Source: Okeania sp. (GTDB lineage: Bacteria; Cyanobacteriota; Cyanobacteriia; Cyanobacteriales; Microcoleaceae). Taken from it: DNA of 32,000 bases. This document shows, one piece after another, positions 15,879 to 24,226 of this stretch (the stretch's first letter is position 1; every line of letters starts with the position of its first letter). Position numbers and translations under genes: made by a program. The notes below the pieces were generated by a model. That model did no database searches. It saw only the letters and a program-made list of their open reading frames with translations, and had not been told where the DNA came from. Location: the NCBI RefSeq assembly GCF_035285525.1, contig NZ_JAYKGW010000059.1:3233-35232 (forward strand). Direction: 5' to 3'.

Positions 15879-15988
15879 GGGTGCATCTCAATGGATGAAG
15901 AAAGCCCAAAATTTATTGCCTTTAGGGAACACTTAACTGGGAACAGAGAATAAGAAAAAAGTATTTTGGTGCTCTATGAGATACACCC
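15879..15988. mobile_element. 110-bp MITE with an 8-bp target-site duplication
   Basis: Terminal inverted repeat gggtgcatctca (15879-15890) / tgagatacaccc (15977-15988), 11 of 12 matching. It is flanked by the identical direct repeat attttctc at 15871-15878 and 15989-15996. Confidence 0.5.
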
Positions 15989-16606
15989 ATTTTCTCTAAT
16001 TTCTCAACATCTTAAATATATATAAAATATAAACTCTTAATTTTGATTCCTGATTAAATTATTACTTAGGAGGCTAACTAATCACTTAAATGACCTGAGT
16101 CAAATACCAATATTTGTACCCAAAATCTCTATGACTTTTAATATATTGGACGTACTATCAAATTTTTAAAACTTAATACCCAAACTTAGAGAAAATGTAA
16201 CTACTCAAACTAAGTTCAACCTTATGACATTCTGGCCAAAAAAAAATCAACATAGAAGTAAGTAGGCTAGTAATCAGAATAGATGGCACTAAATTTTAAG
16301 ATTCATATATTAACTAAAGCCATAATCAATTTTTTGACTATATTATTTAGTAAGTTATTATAAAACATAAGAGGTAATTTCAGTTATCAGTTATTAGTAC
16401 CTGGCAGTTGTTGCTAGAAGCTCTAAATACTGAAGTTTATTTTTTTCTCCCCTTAAAAGGGGAAGCACATACCCCAAATTTTCAGTAAACTACTATTGTA
16501 TAACTTGCTTATAGTATAAAAAAAAGTCTAAAAATAATAGACAGCTAATTTTAACTATCAAAAATCAGTAACTAAAAAAAATTTAAAATCAAATTTTTGA
16601 ATAAAA

Positions 16607-17554
16607 ATGAGCAGAAATAAACAACTATTAAATCAACTAAATCAATATAAACAATTTGAATCTCAACAAAATGATTTTTTTAAAATATTTAGTCAGTCTC
16701 CAATAGGTACATCAACTTGGAATTGGATTTTAATTAGTCCTCGTTCTGAAAAAAGTCAAGTTTTTTTGCCTCTCTCTACAGGAACAAATTTAACGAAAGA
16801 TTATGAACCATTGTTTTTATTAAAACTTCCTCCTGGAAAAAGTTGTGATTTAGAAACTTCTGTGAAAGTGACTGCTAAAGCTGGAGTTTTTATCACAAAA
16901 GTAGGAGCTATTTCTGTGGCACCAGTATATGTGCTATTCCATTTATCAGGAAATAATTATCTTTATCAAGTTTGGATTAACCATTATGGGGGAGATATGT
17001 CACCTTCTCCATTGGATAAACTGCAAAAAATGCCATATTTAACTTTACTTTTAATCGAAGAGAAACCTCAGCCAGAAAGATTGATAAAAATTGATAATCA
17101 AATAAATTGGTCATCTTTAAAAGCTAAAGTTGAATCAGTAAATCAATGGAATTTAGCAGCTTTTAATGCCGTAAAATCTCTAGGATTTTCTGCTCAAGAA
17201 TTGTGGAATAGAACAACAGAAAAAGAAGTAAAAAAAACAACAATAACTAAGTTGAATGATCGCTTTAGGAATGGAGATAAAAGTTTAGGAGAATATAGAA
17301 TGAGTAGGCAAGTATTAGCATTGCCGAGAAAAAAACAAAAAGAACTATTTAAAGAAATTCAAGATTTTTCTAATTTTACACCTGAAAATGACCCTAAAGG
17401 TTTACATGAAATGGGTAAAGTGACAATAGATGGGGTGGAATATATATGGAAAATTGACTATCTAGATACAAGCATGATTATGTTGTCGGATGCACCGGAA
17501 GATATCAATAAAACTACTAGGGTGTTATTAGTAATACGAGCTGATGAACGGTAA
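16607..17554 (+). CDS. Hypothetical protein: novel ~210-aa N-terminal region fused to a DUF3768-like C-terminal domain (315 aa)
   Basis: The C-terminus (from ~17240) reads LNDRFR...FTPENDPKGLHEMGKVTIDGVEYIWKIDYLD...APEDINKTTRVLLVIRADE. As I recall it, the DUF3768 signature is NDP-GEHDFG...FWKIDYYD...DP.D...T.RVLT.ML.EEY. Confidence 0.75.
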   Translation: MSRNKQLLNQLNQYKQFESQQNDFFKIFSQSPIGTSTWNWILISPRSEKSQVFLPLSTGTNLTKDYEPLFLLKLPPGKSCDLETSVKVTAKAGVFITKVGAISVAPVYVLFHLSGNNYLYQVWINHYGGDMSPSPLDKLQKMPYLTLLLIEEKPQPERLIKIDNQINWSSLKAKVESVNQWNLAAFNAVKSLGFSAQELWNRTTEKEVKKTTITKLNDRFRNGDKSLGEYRMSRQVLALPRKKQKELFKEIQDFSNFTPENDPKGLHEMGKVTIDGVEYIWKIDYLDTSMIMLSDAPEDINKTTRVLLVIRADER

Positions 17555-17637
17555 ATTGAGTTATCAGTTAGCCTCCTATAAAAAATTTAGTTTTTAGTTC
17601 AGAAAAAAGCAGAGAGTCCTACCTATTCACTGTTCCC

Positions 17638-17657
17638 TAAAAGCAATGAAATTTTGT
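17638..17657. repeat. Right arm of the perfect 20-bp long-range inverted repeat
   Basis: taaaagcaatgaaattttgt is the reverse complement of 15502-15521. Confidence 0.75.
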
Positions 17658-17838
17658 ACACAACTAAAATAGGATTGATATATTATTTTCAAATACTATT
17701 TAGTTAGTTCAGATTTTTTTTGACAGAACTGTGATTTATATAAACTTCCTGTTTGAGGTTAACTATATGATAAATTTTTTCTGACCTTAATTGTATATTC
17801 TTAAACAAATTAATGATGATTAATGAGGAGTAAAAAAA

Positions 17839-18939
17839 GTGATTTTAGGCAAAGCAACAACAACAAAAACTAAGTATTATGCTCAGCTTCATCAAACAAA
17901 ATATCCGGCTAAACACTTTCGAGAATTTAATAATTTGACTGCCAGTTCTATAGGTATTGGTACATATCTAGGTTCCTCAGATGCAGCAACAAATAATTTA
18001 GTGACAGAAGCAATTATTAAATCAGTAAAAAACGGCATAAATTTAATAGATACTGCCATAAATTATCGGTATCAGCACGGCGAACTTAGTGTCAAAAAAG
18101 CCCTGCTTAAATTAATAGAATCAAAAACCGTATCGCGAGAGGAATTAATCATTTGTTCTAAAGGTGGTTTTATTCCTAATAGAGAAAAAGAAAAATGGTT
18201 TAAACAACAATATATAGATAACCAAAAATTTAATATTCAACCAACAGATATGGTAGCAGGTGTTCACTGTATGCACCCAGAATATATTCAAGACCAACTT
18301 GAACGCAGCTTAATAAATTTGGGTCTAGAAACTATTGATATCTATTATTTACATAACCCAGAAACTCAATTAGGAATTATTCCTGCTGATGAATTTTATC
18401 GCCGTTTGCAAGGTGTTTTTTCAGTCCTAGAAAAAGCTGCTGATGCTGGCAAAATAACTGCTTATGGAATCGCTACTTGGCAAGGTTTTCGAGTGCCACC
18501 AACTGATATCAAACATATTGACTTAGCTAAAACTAAATCTATTGCGCAACAAATAGCAGGAGAAAAAAGCGATCGCTTCCAATTTATCCAACTACCAATT
18601 AACTTAGCAATGACAGAAGCAATAATTACTCCTACTCAATTTGTAGATGGCAAAATTTTACCCGCTATTACCGCAGCCAACCAACTTGGGATTAAAGCGA
18701 TCGCTAGTGCTTCTATTGCTCAAGCTAAAAACCTGAAGCAACTCCCTCAAAAAATTATGACTGCTCTTGGGGAAAACCAAGAAACAGGGGCGTTATCTGC
18801 CTTACAATTTACTCGCAGCGTTCCTGGTTTATGTTCCGCTTTAGTAGGGATGAAATCTCCTAACCATGTTGCAGAAAATTTGACATTAACTAAGATTCCT
18901 CCACTAGATGCTGCTTACTTTGCTCAATTAATGGGTTAA
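17839..18939 (+). CDS. Aldo/keto reductase family oxidoreductase (366 aa, GTG start)
   Basis: Family blocks GIGTYLG, INLIDTAINYR, LIICSKGG and IDIYYLHNPE. SD gaggag lies upstream of the start. Confidence 0.9.
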   Translation: MILGKATTTKTKYYAQLHQTKYPAKHFREFNNLTASSIGIGTYLGSSDAATNNLVTEAIIKSVKNGINLIDTAINYRYQHGELSVKKALLKLIESKTVSREELIICSKGGFIPNREKEKWFKQQYIDNQKFNIQPTDMVAGVHCMHPEYIQDQLERSLINLGLETIDIYYLHNPETQLGIIPADEFYRRLQGVFSVLEKAADAGKITAYGIATWQGFRVPPTDIKHIDLAKTKSIAQQIAGEKSDRFQFIQLPINLAMTEAIITPTQFVDGKILPAITAANQLGIKAIASASIAQAKNLKQLPQKIMTALGENQETGALSALQFTRSVPGLCSALVGMKSPNHVAENLTLTKIPPLDAAYFAQLMG

Positions 18940-19140
18940 TTTTAATAAATTTCATAGAGAGAGCGATCGCTCTATAAGGAAGTCAGAAGTCAGAAATCAG
19001 AAGTTGTTTCTGTAACGGAGATGAGAGCAACGCTCCAAAAAAGTTTTGCTGATTAACGCGGAGTTTTAGACCTACAGGATTTACACAGCGACCCTAGATA
19101 TAGTGCTTAAAACCCCATGCGCAATAGTTTTTTAAATCTA

Positions 19141-19252
19141 CAGGACTTACCCATGAACGCTATTATTAGGGTGCGTTTCGTTACGCGACATGTAAAGCGC
19201 ACAATGCACAACGCACCAATACTCCATATATAGTCTCTTTGCGTAAGTCCTG
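19141..19252. mobile_element. MITE family A, compact complete copy (112 bp)
   Basis: caggacttacccatgaacgctatt...ccatatatagtctctttgcgtaagtcctg. A solo right end follows at 19265-19288. Confidence 0.65.
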
Positions 19253-19387
19253 ATATATATATGATATAGTACCTTTGCGTAAGTCCTGACCTAATTATTT
19301 TGATAATATTTCTTTTTATGATAAAGTTATCGTAAAATTGATATTTTGTCTTAATTGAAATCTCAATTCAAAAACAGAGGAAATACT

Positions 19388-20035
19388 ATGAACTTAACCA
19401 AAAGTTTAGAACAACTTAAAACTGAAATAGAAGCAAAACTACCAGAAGAAGCTAAGGAAAAAATGAATAAAGCTGTAGTTGATTTAGCTGATTCTGGTAT
19501 TGTTGACAATAGCTTAAAAGTAGGAGCAAAAGTTCCGAATTTTAGCTTGCCAAATGTAACAGGTAAAACAGTAGAATTAAACTCTTTATTAGCAAAAAAT
19601 CCAGTAATAATTTCCTTCTATCGTGGTGGATGGTGTCCTTATTGTAATATGGAATTAAGAGGTTTACAAAAGTATCTGCCACAAATTACAGAATTAGGAG
19701 CAAAATTAATTGCAATTTCTCCAGAAACTCCAGATAATTCTCTTTCTACTACAGAGAAAAATGAATTAACTTTTGAAGTATTAAGTGATGCGGGAAATCA
19801 AGTCGCTAAAGAATTTGGTTTAGTCTTTCAACTTCCCGAAGAAGTAAACAAAATTTATCAAAGTTTTGGTATTGACTTAGCTGCTTATAATGGTGATGAA
19901 AGTTTTGAATTACCAATTTCTGGTACTTATGTAGTTGCAACTGATGGTACAGTTATTCATGCTTTTGTTGATCCAGATTATAAAAATCGTCTTGACCCTG
20001 AAGAGATTATTAATGTTTTGAAAAATATTAAATAG
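19388..20035 (+). CDS. Peroxiredoxin-like (AhpC/TSA, thioredoxin-fold) protein (215 aa from MNLTKS)
   Basis: FYRGGWCPYCNMELRGL carries a CxxC in the peroxiredoxin-like context. I prefer the ATG at 19388 with agagga upstream. The track start at 19355 is TTG. Confidence 0.85.
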   Translation: MNLTKSLEQLKTEIEAKLPEEAKEKMNKAVVDLADSGIVDNSLKVGAKVPNFSLPNVTGKTVELNSLLAKNPVIISFYRGGWCPYCNMELRGLQKYLPQITELGAKLIAISPETPDNSLSTTEKNELTFEVLSDAGNQVAKEFGLVFQLPEEVNKIYQSFGIDLAAYNGDESFELPISGTYVVATDGTVIHAFVDPDYKNRLDPEEIINVLKNIK

Positions 20036-20190
20036 TATCATTTTTATTGATAGGTAATGGATAATTATTTGATTGCTAAATCTTGTAATAAATTGAATAA
20101 ATTTTGCATTTAAAAAGGTAAGCTTTTTACTCAAAGTTGAAAATTTTTATAATTATCCATTGGTAAATTATCTTTAGATATTTTGATACT

Positions 20191-20215
20191 AAGGAGCAAT
20201 TTTTTTTGCTCCTTG
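20191..20215 (+). terminator. Rho-independent-type terminator candidate
   Basis: aaggagcaa-tttttt-ttgctcctt is a perfect 9-bp stem, followed by gttatttt. It lies about 155 nt after the peroxiredoxin-like stop. Confidence 0.4.
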
Positions 20216-20438
20216 TTATTTTAAGTAGTAGAAAATATATTTTCTAGGTTGTGTTAGAATATGAATCAGGACTTACGCAAATACTCTCTGCTGAATGCTT
20301 ACCATGAGTTTATAGATCGATACCTTACGAATTTTGGTATTATCTGAACTGTATTGTATTATTCTTAGGTTTCCTTTCTCAACCCAACCTACGCTTATTA
20401 CTAATTTACTTTATTTATTGCTATTAAGAAGAATAATT

Positions 20439-21086
20439 ATGCTCAAAACTGTTCCTAAAAAATCTGAAATTTTAACTGATACTTGGCAACAAATTAGCTG
20501 GCAATATTTTCTGCAATTAACTAATCAATCTGTATATAAAAATGGTAAATTTTATTATGACCGTGGTTATATGAAAATTGAAATGAGTCCCTTAGGTATG
20601 AGTCATGGCAGAGATAATGCTATTGTTGCTAGACTAATTAGTTTATTTGCCACTTTAAAAAATATTCCAGTTGTAGAATTTACTAATGTTAGTTATCGAA
20701 AAGCAGAAATTAGAGAATGTCAACCTGATTCATCTTTTTATCTGGGAAAAGTAGCAAATCTTCCGACTAGAAGTAATCAAGCTATTGATTTAAACCAATA
20801 TGCACCACCGACATTAGTAATAGAAATTGCTACTACCAGTTTGGGTGATGATTTAGGTTCTAAAAGATTACTCTATGAAAAACTGGGAGTGCATGAATAT
20901 TGGGTTATTAATACTAATAATTATGATGTAATTGCATTTGAAATAATTGATGGTGGTAGTCGAGAAATACAAATTTCAAATGTTTTACCTGGATTGGAAA
21001 TTTCATTAGTAAAAACTGCTTTAGAGCGGAGTGAAAATGCTGATGATGGTGAAGTTAATCGTTGGTTAATTAAACTTTTTAGTTAG
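20439..21086 (+). CDS. Uma2-family (DUF820) putative endonuclease (215 aa from MLKTVPK)
   Basis: Typical blocks are PDSSFYLG, PTLVIEIATTS, KRLLYEKLGVHEYWVI. The upstream 35 codons of the track ORF run through repeat DNA (ctcaacccaacctacgc). Confidence 0.85.
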   Translation: MLKTVPKKSEILTDTWQQISWQYFLQLTNQSVYKNGKFYYDRGYMKIEMSPLGMSHGRDNAIVARLISLFATLKNIPVVEFTNVSYRKAEIRECQPDSSFYLGKVANLPTRSNQAIDLNQYAPPTLVIEIATTSLGDDLGSKRLLYEKLGVHEYWVINTNNYDVIAFEIIDGGSREIQISNVLPGLEISLVKTALERSENADDGEVNRWLIKLFS

Positions 21087-21120
21087 GAAGGAAGAGGGAG
21101 GAAGGAAGAAGGAAGAAGGG
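21086..21120. repeat. 35-nt pure polypurine tract
   Basis: ggaaggaagagggaggaaggaagaaggaagaaggg, immediately after the Uma2 stop codon. Confidence 0.8.
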
Positions 21121-21348
21121 CTAGAGATATAGCAAATTTCACCGAAGGATTAATAATTAAATGATTCATGGCTTGAAGCCTCCCCTTTAAAGGGGAAAAA
21201 GCGGTCGTCAGCGGAGCTTCCCTTAGGGTGAGATGGATGGGTTTCCTAACCATATCTAATCTCCCCTTGAGAAATCAATTTTTTCCTTTTATTCAATTCT
21301 CTTCTTTTTAGGGAGAGGTAATTATCAATCATCCATTATTGAAAGCAC

Positions 21349-21462
21349 ATTCCAAGTATATTAATACAGATTTAATAATTAAATCTTCATAAGTAGCGAT
21401 TTTTCGGGAACCGTGCATCTTGCTTCCGTGAGTGTACCTCACCAAAATTGAATCTGCTGTAA
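21349..21462 (+). repeat. ~110-bp dispersed repeat (upstream copy; a second degenerate copy at 21470-21560)
   Basis: attccaagtat..acagatttaataattaaatct...gtgtacctcaccaaaattgaatctgctgtaa. It has the same orientation and modules as 22284-22383, and its variable middle holds a family C fragment. Confidence 0.5.
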
Positions 21463-21594
21463 GAAGTATATGAAGTAGAAATATTAATAATTAAATATTC
21501 CTAGCATGAGTATCTTGCCCGCGTGGGTTTACCTCACCCCTTATATAATCCGCTGTAAATTTGAAAAAGGTATTTTTTTGTAAGTTAAAATCAG

Positions 21595-22197
21595 ATGTCT
21601 TATAGTCAATTTACTTTAGAAACAGTTGAACAAACTTTTGGGATAAATATTGTTGAAAAGCCAAAACTTTTCAACAAAATTCCAGAAATAGAAATTAGTG
21701 ATTTCTTAAAACAATGCCTGGAATACAATACTCCTTTAGCTTTAGAAATTGCTACAGAAAAAGCTAGATCGGAAATGATTATTACACCAATTTTGATTGA
21801 ACTAAAACAACAATTCAAATCAAATATTAGTCTTTTTTCCGGTAGAGAATTTAATGTAGATAGCCAATTAGGATTGATTGGTTATTGCGATTTTATTATT
21901 AGTAAATCTCCATCTCAATTAATTATTAAATCTCCAGTTGCTATAATTGTAGAAGCGAAAAATGATAATATTCAATCAGGTTTAAGTCAGTGTATTGCTG
22001 AGATGGTAGCAGCACAAATAGTTAATCAACGGCAAAACAATAATCAAACAATTTATGGCTCTGTCACTACTGGTACTAACTGGAAATTTATGAAATTATT
22101 TGATAAAGTAGTAGAAGTCGATCCTAATGAATATTTCTTGAATAATATCCCTAAATTAATGGGAATATTACGAAGTTTTATTGAGTCAGAAAATTAG
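21595..22197 (+). CDS. Hypothetical protein, possible PD-(D/E)xK nuclease fold (200 aa)
   Basis: GYCDFIIS...VAIIVEAKND fits a D...E-x-K arrangement. Motif-level inference only. Confidence 0.6.
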   Translation: MSYSQFTLETVEQTFGINIVEKPKLFNKIPEIEISDFLKQCLEYNTPLALEIATEKARSEMIITPILIELKQQFKSNISLFSGREFNVDSQLGLIGYCDFIISKSPSQLIIKSPVAIIVEAKNDNIQSGLSQCIAEMVAAQIVNQRQNNNQTIYGSVTTGTNWKFMKLFDKVVEVDPNEYFLNNIPKLMGILRSFIESEN

Positions 22198-22283
22198 ATT
22201 TTTTGGTAGTATTTTGTTAAGGAAAACAAGACTCAGAATATCCTACTTTCTTGCCAAGTATTTTTCATTTCTATTTACAGAAA

Positions 22284-22383
22284 ATTCCAAGTACATGAAC
22301 TACAGATATTAATAATTAAATCTGATCAGTGCGAGCCAGAAAGCTCGCGTAGGTGTACCTCACAAAAGTGGAATCCGCTATAA
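22284..22383 (+). repeat. ~100-bp dispersed repeat (downstream copy)
   Basis: attccaagtacatgaactacagatattaataattaaatct...gtgtacctcacaaaagtggaatccgctataa. Confidence 0.5.
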
Positions 22384-22605
22384 TATTATACCAATCCTAA
22401 ATAGATCAAGACTTACGCAACTGCAACATATTTTCGTCCGATACGACGGTCGGGAAGCAATCTCAACCCATGTTTTTCCTACCTCATGGCTTTAGTCCTA
22501 TAGATTCTAAAATTTTGTGGTTACAATTTTTTCTCACTAATTATTTCTTATGGCTATACTTGTATCGCTACTCAAAATGTTATATTAGTAGCTTGTCTAA
22601 ACTAA

Positions 22606-22836
22606 CAGGGCTTACCCAAAGGTACTATATATAGGGTGTTGGTGCGTTGTGCGTTGTGCGCTTTTTCGTATAGGGAATGCGAGTGCATTCATGTCGCGTA
22701 GCGAAACACACCTACTGAACTGTTTCATCTCAAATGGTGCATTAGGGAGTAGGGGAAAAACATTTTTGTAACCTACAGCTATTACACCATTTAAGGTGAA
22801 ACAATGCGCTACTAATAGTGTTCATCGGTAAGTCCT
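22606..22836. mobile_element. MITE family A, opposite orientation, with internal insertions (231 bp)
   Basis: cagggcttacccaaaggtactatatat...gtgcgttgtgcgttgtgcgcttt...ctactaatagtgttcatcggtaagtcct. It is colinear with the reverse complement of 19141-19252, plus extra internal blocks. Confidence 0.55.
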
Positions 22837-22874
22837 AATTAAAAAGAAAGTCAAATTTACTGCTAAATAAAATT

Positions 22875-24086
22875 ATGGAAGAAATTAACGAGCAAATAAT
22901 CAGTACGGTGGCAGACTTTTTCGGCATTTTTGGTCAAAAAGAAGCCTTCACTTTACTATTAGCAATAAACCGAGAAAAAGTTTACAATGACTTCTTAAAA
23001 GCTGAAGCTGGTTTTAATAGTTATAAACTAGCTATTCTAGATAAAGGTATTAATAATTCTCCCTATCAAAACCAGGTAGAAAATTATCCAGAACATTTAA
23101 AAATGCTGCCTAGTTTAGCCATCCCAGGAGCAAAATCTTTTCCCAATATTGGCGAAATTCCAGAAATTGATGAACAAGCACTTAATTTTATTCATCCTGA
23201 CATTAAAGAAGCTTGTATTTGTCTAGCTGGTACTGCTGGCGGACCTTTTAAATCTTATTGGTTAGGTAGAAATTCTTTGGATAAATGTCAATATTGGAGT
23301 TCTACTAAAATCATTCCAATTTTAAATACAATTTGTTCTCTTAATAGCGATATTAATACCTGTCAAATTCGAGGAGATGACAAAAATATAGACTTTAATG
23401 AAGCTGTAGAAGATGTGATTAGTTATGCAGAAAAGGTAGGTAGTTCTAATGCTTTAGCTGCTATGTTTAAATGCTTCCAAACTTATGTTGATTTAGAATT
23501 ATGGTTGAAGGAAGTTACAGGAAATAATCATACAGAATTTCAAGGTTTATATGGTGAAGAACCATTTATTCTTTCTCCTGAAATTGTTCAAGATCATCAA
23601 GTTTTATTGAGTGCTGTATCAGAAAGTAAGAAGCGAGAAGACCAGACTGGAGAAAATACTGTTACTGCTTATGACTTAACTAGAATTATGTCAATGGTAG
23701 GATGGTTTTATCATTTACCAGAACCTGCAAAACTAACAGGAATGTCTTGGGAAAATTTACAACCTTTTATTCGTAATCTTGGTAAGGATACTGCTCGTTA
23801 TGTGGATGTTGCTATAGAAAAATTAGGAATTCAAAATAGTATTAAATATCCTGTTATTTTATCTAAATTAGGTTTTGGATATAGCAGCAGTCGTCAGCGT
23901 ACAGAACTTATTTATACTTGTTTTACTCAGTTTGAATATCAGAGAAAAGTTAAGTCTATAGCTATGACTTTAAGAGGTGCAAAAGCATTAGGAGATTTTG
24001 ACAAAGAAGCAGTAGAAATAGATGCTCGAATGGCAGCAGAAGTAACAGAAATTATCAGACTTTTAATAACAGATGAACTGGGTTGA
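22875..24086 (+). CDS. Hypothetical protein (403 aa), possible serine hydrolase with class-A beta-lactamase-like motif order
   Basis: S142-S-T-K145 (SxxK), S190-S-N192 (SxN), TVTAYDLTRIM, and K331-L-G333 (KxG) occur in the canonical order and at roughly canonical spacing. There is no signal peptide. Weak motif-level inference. Confidence 0.65.
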   Translation: MEEINEQIISTVADFFGIFGQKEAFTLLLAINREKVYNDFLKAEAGFNSYKLAILDKGINNSPYQNQVENYPEHLKMLPSLAIPGAKSFPNIGEIPEIDEQALNFIHPDIKEACICLAGTAGGPFKSYWLGRNSLDKCQYWSSTKIIPILNTICSLNSDINTCQIRGDDKNIDFNEAVEDVISYAEKVGSSNALAAMFKCFQTYVDLELWLKEVTGNNHTEFQGLYGEEPFILSPEIVQDHQVLLSAVSESKKREDQTGENTVTAYDLTRIMSMVGWFYHLPEPAKLTGMSWENLQPFIRNLGKDTARYVDVAIEKLGIQNSIKYPVILSKLGFGYSSSRQRTELIYTCFTQFEYQRKVKSIAMTLRGAKALGDFDKEAVEIDARMAAEVTEIIRLLITDELG

Positions 24087-24101
24087 TTGAAGTTAGAAGT
24101 T

Positions 24102-24226
24102 AGAAGGAAAAAGGAAGAAGGAAAAAGGAAGAAGGAAGAAGGAAAAAGGAAGAAGGAAGAAAGAAAAAGGAAGAAGGAAGAAGTTTATAAGGAAAAAGGA
24201 AGAAGGAAAAAGGAAAAAGGAAGAAG
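24102..24226. repeat. Polypurine microsatellite (GGAAGAA/GGAAAAA units)
   Basis: An 82-nt run containing only A and G (24102-24183), then tttat, then 38 more A/G-only nt (24189-24226). It starts 16 nt after the 403-aa ORF stop. The track ORF 24087..24287 (KKEEGKRKKEE...) is its translation. Confidence 0.85.

Noticed and set aside
15891-15953. 20-codon ORF MDEESPKFIAFREHLTGNRE
   Set aside because: It lies wholly inside the 110-bp MITE, has no SD, and is most simply a chance ORF.
16067-17579. Second inverted pair taggaggctaact (16067-16079) / agttagcctccta (17567-17579) tightly flanking the DUF3768-like gene
   Set aside because: Only 13 nt match perfectly, which is expected by chance several times in 32 kb. 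The right copy is contiguous with an STRR-like gagttatcagtta motif. It is not significant on its own.
17720-17746. TTGACA box upstream of the aldo/keto reductase as a promoter
   Set aside because: The candidate -10 hexamers (tatata, tataaa, taaact) lie 11-15 nt from the -35, none at the 16-18 nt optimum. In DNA this AT-rich such matches are not informative.
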